Shown here piece by piece: positions 1-9,526 of a DNA stretch of 64,000 nucleotides. The stretch is from Alphaproteobacteria bacterium (GTDB taxonomy: Bacteria; Pseudomonadota; Alphaproteobacteria; JAAXGF01). The DNA is taken from assembly GCA_963555825.3 (NCBI GenBank), contig CAUVXB020000001.1, positions 384,001 to 448,000 of the forward strand, written 5' to 3'. The notes below the pieces were generated by a model that saw only the letters and a program-made list of their open reading frames with translations, was not told the DNA's origin and did no database searches. The translations under genes and the position numbers were made by a program. Positions within the stretch are counted from its first letter, which is position 1, and each line of letters starts with the position of its first letter.

Positions 1-16
1 GAGAAAAATTCACACA

Positions 17-955
17 GTGATGACGCGTCGTCTGCCGCCGCTCAATGCCCTGCGCGCCTTCGAGGCCGCAGCTCGCTTCGAGAGCTTCTCTCGGGCGGCC
101 GACACGCTCGGCGTGACGCACGGCGCGGTGAGCCGGCAGGTCCGTCACCTCGAGCAAAGTCTTGGGATAGCCCTGTTCGAGCGGCGCCACCGCCGGGTCT
201 TGTTGACTGAGCCAGGACGCGAGTTGTTCCGCGTCGTCGCCGACGCCTTCGATGGGATCGAGTCGGGGCTGCGCCGCCTCGGGCTCGACCGCTCGCCCGA
301 GCGCCTCGTCGTCGCCATCGATCCCGACTTCGCGAGTCTTTGGCTTGTGCCGTGTCTCGCCGATCTGCGCGCCGCGGTCCCGGGGGTGGCGTTGGAGATC
401 ACGGCGTCGAAGGATATTGCACCGCTTTCCATCGGGCGCGCCGACTGCGCCGTGCACTATGGCCCCGAGCCGCCCGCCGGCCTCCACGTCGACGTTTTGT
501 TCCGCTCCACGCTGTTCCCGGTCTGCGCGCCGTCACTCACTCGCGGGCGGCAACGTCTGCAGGCGCCGTGCGACCTGCGCCACCACACGCTGCTCCACGA
601 CCGCACGACCGCCGAGTGGTACCGATACGTCGAGATCAGCGGCGTCGAGGGCATCGACTGCACGCAAGGTCTGGTGTTCAGTGAGACGGCGTTGTCGCTC
701 GAGGCTGCCGCGCGCGGCCAAGGCATCGCCATCGGCGACGACGTGCTGTCGTTGCGGCTTTATCGCGAGGGTCGCCTCACGCCGCTGTTCGGCCCCGCCT
801 TCGGGTCGCCGAACGCGTACTACTTTCTCGCGCCGAAGGCGGCCCTGGCACGCGCCAAAGTGCGCGCCTTCCGCAAATGGCTGTTGGCCGCCATCGCCGC
901 CCAGCGCGGCGAGTTCTCCTCGTTTGTCTCCAGTACGGATCTGACGGTGCCTTGA
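17..955 (+). CDS. LysR-family transcriptional regulator (GcvA-like)
   Basis: N-terminal LPPLNALRAFEAAAR..SFSRAADTLGVTHGAVSRQVRHLE HTH followed by a LysR substrate-binding domain. Confidence 0.95.
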   Translation: MMTRRLPPLNALRAFEAAARFESFSRAADTLGVTHGAVSRQVRHLEQSLGIALFERRHRRVLLTEPGRELFRVVADAFDGIESGLRRLGLDRSPERLVVAIDPDFASLWLVPCLADLRAAVPGVALEITASKDIAPLSIGRADCAVHYGPEPPAGLHVDVLFRSTLFPVCAPSLTRGRQRLQAPCDLRHHTLLHDRTTAEWYRYVEISGVEGIDCTQGLVFSETALSLEAAARGQGIAIGDDVLSLRLYREGRLTPLFGPAFGSPNAYYFLAPKAALARAKVRAFRKWLLAAIAAQRGEFSSFVSSTDLTVP

Positions 956-1147
956 TCGACGACATTCGATATGCGCGCCTCGCCCGCGCGCGATTCGCGC
1001 TGCAGCCGGTCGAGCGCCTCGTCCCCGGATGCGTTAAGGAGCCCGTAAATTATACTATGTTTTTAAATGCTAAGCCTGGAACTTAATTTCTCACACTAAC
1101 TTATTATATGACCGCGCGGGCGCCCGTGGAGGCGCGCGGCGGGCGGG

Positions 1148-1624
1148 CTATAACATCGTCGGTTGGGCGTCGTCGGTCGGCGGGACCGTGAGGTGACGCA
1201 CCGCGAGCCCGGTCGTCTCGGCGAGTCGCGCCGCGACGATCGAGCGGTGGCAGCGGTCCGGGTCGCGCTCGTAGCACATCAGACAGGGCCTTTCGGTCGC
1301 GACGAGCGCCGCGACCTCGCCGAGTTGGGCTCGGGCGGCCTCGGTCGCCAGCTGCGCCTCGAAGATCGCGTGGAAGCCGGCGGTGTCGCCGGCGCGCGCG
1401 GCATCGCGCCCCGCCTTGGGCGTGCCGAGCGCCTTCATGTGCCGATAGCCGATGCCGGCGGCCGCCATCGCCTCGCCGAGCGCGCGTTTGGTGAACTCGG
1501 GCCGGCGCGACCACGGCGCCTCGCGTACATCGACTAGCGTCGTCACGCCGGTGTCGCCGAGGGCAGCGACGACGTCTGCCAGGCTTGATCTCTCATAGCC
1601 GATTGTGAAGAGCACGCCAGTCAC
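1148..1624 (-). CDS. DUF488 family protein
   Basis: LFTIGYE, LVDVREAPWSRRPEF and LMCYERDPDRCHRS motifs; GTG start at 1624 chosen because the upstream ORF extension runs into a repeat. Confidence 0.85.
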   Translation of the reverse strand: MTGVLFTIGYERSSLADVVAALGDTGVTTLVDVREAPWSRRPEFTKRALGEAMAAAGIGYRHMKALGTPKAGRDAARAGDTAGFHAIFEAQLATEAARAQLGEVAALVATERPCLMCYERDPDRCHRSIVAARLAETTGLAVRHLTVPPTDDAQPTML

Positions 1625-1657
1625 GGCGCGCGCCTCGATCGCGCGCGCCGGCGACCG

Positions 1658-1831
1658 GAGCATTGTCCGGTCATCTTTACGCGGTAAAGATGACCTGCGC
1701 TCAATCGCCGCGCAGGCCGGTCTAATGGAATTAAAGCTGGCCGAAGGGGCGGCGGCCCGCCTCTTGTCCCAATTAGATTGGCGCGGGCTGGCATAGCCCG
1801 ACCGATTCCAATCGATCGGACTATGCGCCTA
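1658..1831 (+). repeat. MITE-like intergenic repeat, copy 1
   Basis: Reverse-complement match to 31055-31229 and 58202-58339; internal hairpin GGTCATCTTTAC-N4-GTAAAGATGACC; imperfect terminal inverted repeats. Confidence 0.85.
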
Positions 1832-3217
1832 TGCGTGAAAGGCGCGCCAGACCTCGTCGAGTTCGCCGTGGTGCTCGGCGAAGACCGCCAGCAGCTTGGG
1901 GTCGAAGTGGCTCGCCGGGTCGAGGCGCTCATCGCCCTCGAGAAGGATCTTGCGTGTCCGCGCGTGCGAGAATGCCGGCTTGTAGCTGCGCTTGGCGCGC
2001 AGCGCGTCGTAGACGTCGGCGAGCGCAACGATGCGCGCGGCCATCGGGATCGCCTCGCCCACGAGGCGGTTGGGATAACCGCCACCGCCCCACTGCTCGT
2101 GGTGCGACTGGGCGATCTCGGCGGCCATCTGCAGGCGGTCGGAATGGGACAGGATCTGATAGCCATAGTCCGAATGCTGGATGATCTCGTCGCGTTCATG
2201 CGGCTCCAGCGCCCCCGGCTTCTTCAGGAGCGCCGTGTTCACGCTCATCTTGCCGACATCGTGCAGCTGTGCGCTATAGCGAATTTCGTCGCAGAAGTCA
2301 TCGGGCATGCCGAGCCGGCGGGCCAAAACATAGCTGTACTCGTTGGTCCGCTGAATGTGGTTCGCGGTGTCCTCGTCGTGGATCTCGGCGGCGCGCGCCA
2401 GGAGATTGATGGTCAGCTTGAAGGCGTCTTCGGTCTCGTTCTGCAGCGTGGCGATCTGGGCGCGCTGGGCGTCGAGCGTGCGGTTGCGCTCGCGCAGCTC
2501 GGCGTTCTTGTCGACGATACGCTCGAACATCAGAGCGCGCTCGATCGCCGAGCCGACGATATGGTTGAAGGGCAGGATCAGTTCCTGCTGCGCCGTCGTG
2601 AAGGGCCGGGGCTTCAGGCCGCCGGGCCGGCGCCGGTTGATCAACTGCACGACGCCGACCACGCTATTGTTGTATGTCGTCAGCGGGAAGCACAGCATCG
2701 AGCGGCTGCGGTAGCCGTACGCGATATCGAAGCTGTCGTTGAAGCGGTAGGGCACGCCGGACGGCAGCATGTAGAGGTCGTCGATCGCAAGCGTCTCGCC
2801 GGTATCCGCCACGTAACCCGCGATCGAGGCCTTGTTGATCGGTACGGCGAAGTCGGCCGTCTTGAGCTTGACGACGTCGTTCTGCAGGCTCGCCGCCTCG
2901 AGCCAGCGATGGCGGCCGCGGCGTCGCGCGGTGAAAATGCTGCCGGCCTCGGCGCCGGTGATCTCGCGGCTCTTGCACAGGATCTTCGACATCAGCTGGC
3001 GCACCGACTGGCGCGTCGGTTGCTCCATGAACTCGAGGAACTCGACCAGCGTGCCCTGGCCGGCGGCCGGCGCCTCGTCGCGCGTCGCCGCATTGCGTTG
3101 TGCCGGACGGTTGGGGCGCGTGGCGCGCGCGACGGCGGCGGCGGGGAAGCCGCCGTAGCCGCCGATGACCGCGTCGCGGTGCTGGGCGTCGTCGCCGATC
3201 GAACCGTGGTCGTCCAT
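1829..3217 (-). CDS. GAF + HD-GYP domain cyclic dinucleotide phosphodiesterase
   Basis: GAF (SIAGYVADTGE..YRSRSMLCFPL..VVGVVQLIN), coiled coil, HDVGK, HHEQWGGGGYP, ADVYDAL; ATG at 3217 follows an AAGGAG RBS. Confidence 0.92.
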   Translation of the reverse strand: MDDHGSIGDDAQHRDAVIGGYGGFPAAAVARATRPNRPAQRNAATRDEAPAAGQGTLVEFLEFMEQPTRQSVRQLMSKILCKSREITGAEAGSIFTARRRGRHRWLEAASLQNDVVKLKTADFAVPINKASIAGYVADTGETLAIDDLYMLPSGVPYRFNDSFDIAYGYRSRSMLCFPLTTYNNSVVGVVQLINRRRPGGLKPRPFTTAQQELILPFNHIVGSAIERALMFERIVDKNAELRERNRTLDAQRAQIATLQNETEDAFKLTINLLARAAEIHDEDTANHIQRTNEYSYVLARRLGMPDDFCDEIRYSAQLHDVGKMSVNTALLKKPGALEPHERDEIIQHSDYGYQILSHSDRLQMAAEIAQSHHEQWGGGGYPNRLVGEAIPMAARIVALADVYDALRAKRSYKPAFSHARTRKILLEGDERLDPASHFDPKLLAVFAEHHGELDEVWRAFHA

Positions 3218-3255
3218 CTCGATGCTCCTTCCCCGAGCGGTGTTCAAGCCACCGT

Positions 3256-4854
3256 CTATGCGCCCTGTGCGTCGGATGTCTCGTCGTCGAAGTCGACATC
3301 GATGATCTCGGTGATGGCGAGTGTCGCGATGTCGCGGAACTTCTCGTATTTGCCCTGGTTGAGGTCGAGCAGGTTCGCGAGCCGCGAATAGCTCGCCGGC
3401 ACCCAGATGTCGCGGCCTTCGGCGTTGGTGCGGCGGATGCCGAACTGCAGGCATTCGCGTTCGTCCGTGTTCAGCTTGCCGACCAGGTTCTTGGTCGCCC
3501 ATACCGCGCCGTAGCGCGCGAAATCGCTGAGCCGCCCGGCGTGGTTGATGGTGTCGCCGAGCACGGTGAACTCGAGGTTGGTGGCCGAATGATAGGTGCC
3601 GAACCACTCCTCGCCCTCGTTGAGCCCGATGTTGAGGTAGAGCTCGTTGGTCCAGTTCTTGCGCAGCTGCCACTCGTGGCTCAGTTCGCGCATCTTCTGC
3701 TGCAACTCCTTGGCCGAGACGAAGGCGTTCTGCAGATAGTTGCGGTCGGGCTGCGGGAAGAAATAGGACACCATGCCGTCGCCGGCGTGCTTGCCCTGGG
3801 TCGCGTGATAGCGGCGCAGCACGTTCTCGGCCATGTGCCAGATCTGGTTGATCAGCTCGAAATATTCCTCGGGCGGCAGCTCGGCGCAGATCTTCACCGA
3901 GTCCTGCAGATCGGCGACCATCACGCAGAGCGGCGTGAAGACCGGCTGGCGGCTGCGGAACAGGTCGCGGATCAGCTGGTCGCGGCGCGACAGCAGCTCG
4001 AGGAAGGTGTCGGCCGGCGCCTCGGCCGGCGAGTGGATGAACAGCACGCCTTCGCGGAAGAAGGTGGCGTACACGTTGTGCCATTTTGGCGATTCGCGCG
4101 CATCGGCCATGTTGATGCGGGTTTCCGCGATCATGCCCGGCTGTGCCGCGCGTGTCCCATCGTAGAGCGACTGCAGGCGGCCGAGGTCGGCGTTGCTGAT
4201 CTCGGGGGCCAGCTTGGCGAAAGCCTCCTTGGGCAGCCTGATCTTGGCGATAGACAGGTGAAAGCGGATCAGCTCGTCGCGGTCCTGCCAATTGCTGGCC
4301 ACGGCCGAGTTGGCGAGCAGCTTGAAAAAGTTGCGGTTCTCGATCTCGGGATCGAGGCCGGCGGCGAGCCCGAAGAAACCCTCGCTTGCCTGGTCGTTGC
4401 ACCATTCGACCAGGAAGTTGTAATTGACCATGTAGGCCGGCGTCTCGAGCCGGTCGAGCGTCAGGCGCATGCCCGTCGCGGTCGGCGCCGGCGCGGCCTT
4501 CGTCGGAGCCGGCGTCTCGGGCGCGGCTGGCGTCTCGGGCGCAGGGACCGGGCGGGTCGCATCGCGGGCGGGCGGCGCCATCGGGGTCGCAGCCGGTGCC
4601 GCCGGCGGGGGCGCCGATGCGCTGCCGAGCCGGGCGGCGATCTCGGCCATGCTCAAACCGTCGCGCTTGAGGCTCTGGACGGTTTCGATCACGCCGAGCG
4701 TGTCGTCGGGGAAGTAACCCAGCTGGCGGGCCTTCTCGTCGGCCGCCTCGGGCTTCTTGACGAGTGGCCGGGCGAGGATGCCGAGGGCGATATAATTGTT
4801 CAGCGTCGCTCGCGAGATCCCGGCCCGCTCGATGAGTTCCTTGCTGGTAAGCAC
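3256..4854 (-). CDS. MerR-type HTH / PAS-like / class III adenylate cyclase fusion
   Basis: N-terminal ELIERAGISRATLNNYIALGIL HTH; Pro/Ala linker; cyclase motifs VADLQDS, GKHAGDG, NIGLNEG, FTVLGDTINHAGRL. Confidence 0.88.
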   Translation of the reverse strand: MLTSKELIERAGISRATLNNYIALGILARPLVKKPEAADEKARQLGYFPDDTLGVIETVQSLKRDGLSMAEIAARLGSASAPPPAAPAATPMAPPARDATRPVPAPETPAAPETPAPTKAAPAPTATGMRLTLDRLETPAYMVNYNFLVEWCNDQASEGFFGLAAGLDPEIENRNFFKLLANSAVASNWQDRDELIRFHLSIAKIRLPKEAFAKLAPEISNADLGRLQSLYDGTRAAQPGMIAETRINMADARESPKWHNVYATFFREGVLFIHSPAEAPADTFLELLSRRDQLIRDLFRSRQPVFTPLCVMVADLQDSVKICAELPPEEYFELINQIWHMAENVLRRYHATQGKHAGDGMVSYFFPQPDRNYLQNAFVSAKELQQKMRELSHEWQLRKNWTNELYLNIGLNEGEEWFGTYHSATNLEFTVLGDTINHAGRLSDFARYGAVWATKNLVGKLNTDERECLQFGIRRTNAEGRDIWVPASYSRLANLLDLNQGKYEKFRDIATLAITEIIDVDFDDETSDAQGA

Positions 4855-4867
4855 GGCCCTACTCTTC

Positions 4868-5272
4868 TCAATCGGTGGTCGCGGCGCCGATCACTCGGCA
4901 ACGCGCTGGGCTGACCGGTGCATCCGCATACAGTGGGACGGCCGTCGCGCCGTTCTCCGGCGTCGACAACTCCGCGGTCGACGAGCCGGACGGTGCGCAG
5001 TCATCGCGAATGACGGCGAGCAGAGCGTCGACCGACCGGCGCGCATCCTCGGCCTCGGCCAAGACGGCGTCGATCTCGTCGGCATAGGCGATCACCTTGG
5101 CAGTGCCCGCCGCCGCCGCCGACGGGTGGAGGAGGGGGATCATGATCGGCAATGCAAACAGCAGGCCGGCAATGATCACGTATATGAACGATTCGAAAGG
5201 CGGCAGCGCGCGGTCGCGGGAAATGGCCGTCGCGGCGCAAGCTGCAATAGTCTGGCTCGTCGGTGGCAACAC
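4868..5272 (-). CDS. hypothetical membrane protein (one hydrophobic segment)
   Basis: ORF ends 13 bp before the cyclase start; hydrophobic FIYVIIAGLLFALPIMIPLL; start uncertain. Confidence 0.5.
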   Translation of the reverse strand: MLPPTSQTIAACAATAISRDRALPPFESFIYVIIAGLLFALPIMIPLLHPSAAAAGTAKVIAYADEIDAVLAEAEDARRSVDALLAVIRDDCAPSGSSTAELSTPENGATAVPLYADAPVSPARCRVIGAATTD

Positions 5273-5376
5273 GGCATCCTCCTGTCGTCTGCTTGATAGT
5301 CCCCACCTGGGAATGTCCAGGTCGGCAACTGGACTGATTAGACTGTAAAGCCAGTGCAGTCAACAGTTTATCTAAG

Positions 5377-5390
5377 TGTCCAATTGGACA
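5377..5390. promoter_or_regulatory. perfect 14-bp palindrome TGTCCAATTGGACA, candidate operator
   Basis: Self-complementary sequence in the AT-richer region upstream of the 5272-1829 minus-strand genes. Confidence 0.45.
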
Positions 5391-5568
5391 ATCACAACTT
5401 GGGAAGCACGTCGACCAACCCTCGCAAAGCCCTCGATACCGGGCGTTTGCGGGCCTTCCTGAAAGGAGAGGCGGTGCGCGCTATAGCGGGGTGTGTAACC
5501 CCGCGATGAGAAAAGGTGGACGGTATATATAGTTCGACCGTCGTTGCAGGCGCCTCGGGCGTGCCGGT

Positions 5569-5979
5569 CTAGCCCGACGCAGGACCCTTCAACTCGACGG
5601 TGTTGCCGTCCGGGTCCCGGACATAGATCGACGGTCCGTGGCCCTCGGCGCCGTATCGCAATTTTACGTCGCCGACCTCGATGCCGTTCTCGGTCAGGTG
5701 GCGTCGCAGCGCATCCTCGTCGAAGGTTTCGATACGCAGCGCGAAGTGATCCATGTTGTGGGCGTCGGCGCCCGGCCCGGCGCCGCCCATGCGGCCCAGT
5801 TCCGAATCGACGTCGACGAGGTCGATCAGGCTTTGGCCGGCGCGTAGTTGGACGAGGCCGATGTCGTCGACGCGGCGTTCGAGCGCGCAGCCGATCACCG
5901 CGCAATAGAAATCGATCGATCGTTGGCTGTCGGCGACCCGCAGCACGACATGGTCGATGCCGAGAACATTGATGGTCAT
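5569..5979 (-). CDS. VOC/glyoxalase family protein
   Basis: IDHVVLRV..FY, DHFAL, SIYVRDPDGNTVELK. Confidence 0.92.
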   Translation of the reverse strand: MTINVLGIDHVVLRVADSQRSIDFYCAVIGCALERRVDDIGLVQLRAGQSLIDLVDVDSELGRMGGAGPGADAHNMDHFALRIETFDEDALRRHLTENGIEVGDVKLRYGAEGHGPSIYVRDPDGNTVELKGPASG

Positions 5980-6605
5980 GGCTCAGTATTCCCTGTGGTC
6001 ATTTCGATGATGCGATCGTCCTTGTGGCGGGCGAGCGCGCGGGCGTAGCGGCGGGTTATCTCGGGAATCAGCGACTCGCCGGGCTTGGCCCGCGCCAGGC
6101 CGAAGACGACACCCGGAAAATCGAGCTGCTCCTGGACGGCCCAGATCTCGTCGTGTTCGTTGGGCGGCCGGATCTCGGCCGGATCGCCGACCGCGACCCA
6201 GCCGATTGGCACCGTCGCGTCGGGCGCTAGCCGGCTCATCAGGTGCACGGTGCCGTTGATGCGCACTTCGGCGCGCGCGCCGATTTCGGCGCCGTTGAAG
6301 ACCGTCGCGCCGGTCGCCAGGAAGACGTCGTCGGCGATCGTGCAGCCGGTCAGATAGGCGCGTGGCCCGACCAGCACGTGATCGCCGATGCGCATCGGGT
6401 GCTTCGGCGTGCCGCGGATCACCGCATTCTCCATGATGATGCACTGGGCGCCGATCTCGACCGGTCCGCCGTCGGCGGTCAACACGGCGCCGAACATCAC
6501 GCGGCAATCGGGGCCGACGACGACGTCGCCCGACAGCGTGGCGTTGGGGGCGATATAGGCGCTTTCGTGGACGCGCGGTCGCTTGCCTCGATGTTCGATC
6601 AGCAT
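5976..6605 (-). CDS. gamma-carbonic anhydrase-like hexapeptide-repeat protein
   Basis: PRVHESAYIAPNATLSGDVVVG left-handed beta-helix repeats; 4-bp overlap with the VOC gene. Confidence 0.88.
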   Translation of the reverse strand: MLIEHRGKRPRVHESAYIAPNATLSGDVVVGPDCRVMFGAVLTADGGPVEIGAQCIIMENAVIRGTPKHPMRIGDHVLVGPRAYLTGCTIADDVFLATGATVFNGAEIGARAEVRINGTVHLMSRLAPDATVPIGWVAVGDPAEIRPPNEHDEIWAVQEQLDFPGVVFGLARAKPGESLIPEITRRYARALARHKDDRIIEMTTGNTEP

Positions 6606-6791
6606 GGCGATGCTCCGGGCGGTGATGGGCCTTCGGTCATTCTAAGCGCCTCGCCGACAGGCTCAACACCCGCCTTGCCGTGGCGGCCTGAGACGACGCG
6701 CCCCGGCGGCTGGAATTCGCTTGGATCGGTGCGCGCCGGGATGCTATAGGCGGGCAACGTGAACATCCGCTTCTTGGTGGGGAATTCGACC

Positions 6792-6971
6792 ATGATTAAA
6801 TCGCTTCGCAATCGCTTGCCGATTCTCGTGGCGCTTGCCGCCTTTGTGCTCGTCGGCGCTTGCTCGCCCAAGGTGGGCAGCAAGGAATGGTGCGACGACA
6901 TGAAAGAAAAGCCGAAGGGCGACTGGAGCGTGAACGAGGCGAAAGACTTCGCCAAGCACTGCCTGCTCTAA
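6792..6971 (+). CDS. DUF3012 family small lipoprotein
   Basis: Lipobox LVGAC, then SPKVGSKEWCDDMKEKPKGDWSVNEAKDFAKHC. Confidence 0.88.
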   Translation: MIKSLRNRLPILVALAAFVLVGACSPKVGSKEWCDDMKEKPKGDWSVNEAKDFAKHCLL

Positions 6972-7000
6972 TCCGCCAGTTGCGGGTGGGTGTGGCGCTA

Positions 7001-8179
7001 GTGTCCTGATCGATAAATTGATATGATTATGTCTCTATTTGTTTTTAGGAGGCGCGATTGATGGCGAGAGTGGCGGTGACGATCTCTTTGAGCGATGACG
7101 AGCGCGCCGAATTGGAGGCGCTGTCTCGTCGTCGCAAGACGTCGCAGGGGCTTGCGCGGCGGGCTCGGATCGTCTTGGCGGCGGCGGAAGGGTTGGAGAA
7201 CAAGGAGATCGCCGTTCGTCTCGAGGCGAGCGCGGACACCGTGGGCAAGTGGCGTCGCCGCTATGCGGCGGAGGGCCTCGACGGTCTGTACGACGAACCC
7301 CGCCCCGGCGCGCCGCGTCAAATCGGCGATGACGCCATCGCGGAAGCGGTCCGGCTGACGCTGGAAGAGACGCCGCCGGACGCGACCCATTGGAGCCTTC
7401 GCTCGATGGCGCGGGCGAGCGGCCACGCGCCCTCGACCATTCATCGCATCTGGCGGGCCTTCGGCTTGCAGCCGCATCGCTCGGAGACCTTCAAGCTGTC
7501 GAGCGATCCCTTCTTCGTGGAGAAGGTCCGCGACATCGTCGGTCTGTATTTGGCGCCGCCGGATCGTGCCCTGGTTCTCTGTGTCGACGAAAAGAGCCAG
7601 ATCCAGGCCCTGGACCGTTCCCAGCCCCTCTTGCCGATGCGCCCCGGGCAGGCGGAGCGGCGCAGCCACGACTACAAGCGCCACGGCACGACCTCTCTCT
7701 TCGCGGCCCTCGACATCGCCACGGGAGAGATCATCGGCAAATGTTTCCCGCGCCATCGGGCCCGAGAGTTCCGCAAATTCCTCGACCTCGTCGAGGCGAA
7801 CGTCCCTGCTGATCTCGACATCCACATCGTCATGGACAACTACGGGACCCACAAGACCAAGGCGATCCGCGACTGGTTCGCCAAACGGCCGCGCTGGCAG
7901 GCCCATTTCACACCCACCAGCGCCTCCTGGCTGAACCAGGTCGAGCGCTGGTTCGGGCTGCTGACCGACAAGCAGATCAGGCGCGGCGTCCATCGCTCCA
8001 CCAAGGAGTTGGAGCGCACCATCCTCGACTACATCGACACGACAAACCAGAACCCCAAACCCTTCAAATGGACCAAATCCGCCGATGACATCCTCGGCGC
8101 CATCCAGCGCTTCTGCCTCCGAACAATCGAAATCGCTGAACAGCAGGCGAAAATCATGCGAACTTCGGAATCGGGACAC
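7001..8179 (+). mobile_element. IS630-family insertion sequence (single ORF)
   Basis: Terminal IRs GTGTCCTGAT / ATCGGGACAC; TA duplication at a CTAG target. Confidence 0.93.
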
Positions 8180-8182
8180 TAG
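7058..8182 (+). CDS. IS630 family transposase
   Basis: [34 protein letters not shown] motifs; the TAG stop is formed by the duplicated target. Confidence 0.95.
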   Translation: MMARVAVTISLSDDERAELEALSRRRKTSQGLARRARIVLAAAEGLENKEIAVRLEASADTVGKWRRRYAAEGLDGLYDEPRPGAPRQIGDDAIAEAVRLTLEETPPDATHWSLRSMARASGHAPSTIHRIWRAFGLQPHRSETFKLSSDPFFVEKVRDIVGLYLAPPDRALVLCVDEKSQIQALDRSQPLLPMRPGQAERRSHDYKRHGTTSLFAALDIATGEIIGKCFPRHRAREFRKFLDLVEANVPADLDIHIVMDNYGTHKTKAIRDWFAKRPRWQAHFTPTSASWLNQVERWFGLLTDKQIRRGVHRSTKELERTILDYIDTTNQNPKPFKWTKSADDILGAIQRFCLRTIEIAEQQAKIMRTSESGH

Positions 8183-8188
8183 GTCACT

Positions 8189-9355
8189 CTACGGCTTCGC
8201 CGCGAGGTGGTCGATCAGGCGGTGCATGAAGCTCTCGCAGGCCGCGATCTGATCGATATCGATGAACTCGTTGGGTTTGTGTGCCTGGGCGACGTGTCCC
8301 GGGCCGCAAATCACCGCCGACAGGCCCGCCTTCTGAAACTTACCCGCCTCGGTGCCGAACGACGCCTTGGCCGTCCGGTTGTCGCCGGTCAGCGCCATGG
8401 CGAGGCGCTCCGCCGGCGAGGCGGCCTCGGCCTCGAGACCGGGGACGCGCGACCGCGGCTCGGTCACGATGCCCGTGGTCTCGACGACGGCGCGCATGCG
8501 CGTCTCGAGCTCGGCCGCGAAGGCGATGAAGCGGTCGTAGATCTCGTCCGCGTCGGCGCCCGGCATCAGCCGGTATTCCCATTGGAAGGTACAGTGCCGG
8601 GGAATGATGTTGAGCGCCGTGCCGCCCTCGATCGTGCCGACGTGGACGCTGGTGTAGGGCGGCTCGAAACCAGAATCGGGCTCGGCGCGTGATTTCATCT
8701 CTTCGGCCGTCTCGCTCAGGAAGCCAATCAGCTCGGCCGCGACCATGACCGCGTTGACGCCGATGTGCGTCGCGCTCGAATGCGCCTCGTGGCCGGTCAC
8801 CGTCGTGCGGAATGAATAGATGCCCTTGTGCGCGTTGGCGACGCGCATGCCGGTCGGCTCACCGACCAGCACGATGGCGGGCGAAATGCCGCTGCGTTCC
8901 AGCTCGGCGATCAGCCGGTCGACGCCGATGCAGCCGACCTCTTCGTCATAGCTCAAGGCGAGGTGCACCGGCGTGTCGCCGATGCGGCGCAGGAAGTCGG
9001 GCACCAAGGCGAGCGCGACGGCGAGGAAGCTCTTCATGTCCGAAGTGCCGCGGCCGTAAAGCCGGCCGTCGCGTTCGACCACCGTGAACGGGTCGGTATC
9101 CCACGGCTGGCCGTCGACCGGCACGACGTCGGTGTGACCCGACAGGACGACGCCGCCCGGGACGTCGGCGCCTAGGGTGGCGAACAGGTTCGCCTTGCCG
9201 CCGTCGTCATCGTGCGTGCGCGTCGATGCGACGCCGTGGCCCGCGAGGTAATCGGCGACGAAGTCGATCAGCTCGAGGTTCGAATTTCGGCTCGTGGTGT
9301 CGAAACCGATCAGCCGGTCGATCATTTCGCGGACCGTGTACGTCTTGCCTGCCAT
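8189..9355 (-). CDS. argE: acetylornithine deacetylase (M20 family)
   Basis: LSGHTDVVP, GRGTSDMK, YDEEVGC, GEPT, AHKG, AHKPNE. Confidence 0.9.
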   Translation of the reverse strand: MAGKTYTVREMIDRLIGFDTTSRNSNLELIDFVADYLAGHGVASTRTHDDDGGKANLFATLGADVPGGVVLSGHTDVVPVDGQPWDTDPFTVVERDGRLYGRGTSDMKSFLAVALALVPDFLRRIGDTPVHLALSYDEEVGCIGVDRLIAELERSGISPAIVLVGEPTGMRVANAHKGIYSFRTTVTGHEAHSSATHIGVNAVMVAAELIGFLSETAEEMKSRAEPDSGFEPPYTSVHVGTIEGGTALNIIPRHCTFQWEYRLMPGADADEIYDRFIAFAAELETRMRAVVETTGIVTEPRSRVPGLEAEAASPAERLAMALTGDNRTAKASFGTEAGKFQKAGLSAVICGPGHVAQAHKPNEFIDIDQIAACESFMHRLIDHLAAKP

Positions 9356-9526
9356 GTCCCACTCGCAAATTCACGCGCTGCGCCGTCCCTGTCTATCAGC
9401 ATTGCCGCGGGTGCCGTACAAATTGTTCTGCAACAGACTCGCCGAGGGTTGGCCGCCATGGCATGCCGAGTGATCGGTTCGATCACTTTGGCAAGCAGGC
9501 GCACGCCATGGCCAGGCGAGAAATTA

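Noticed and set aside
1778-4914. Long antisense or alternative-frame ORFs (e.g. 1778-3391, 3541-4914, 10835-12400, 50807-52315) and the 858-aa version of the HD-GYP ORF
   Set aside because: Shadow ORFs expected in high-GC DNA opposite or overlapping well-supported genes; the HD-GYP gene has its own RBS and ATG at 3217
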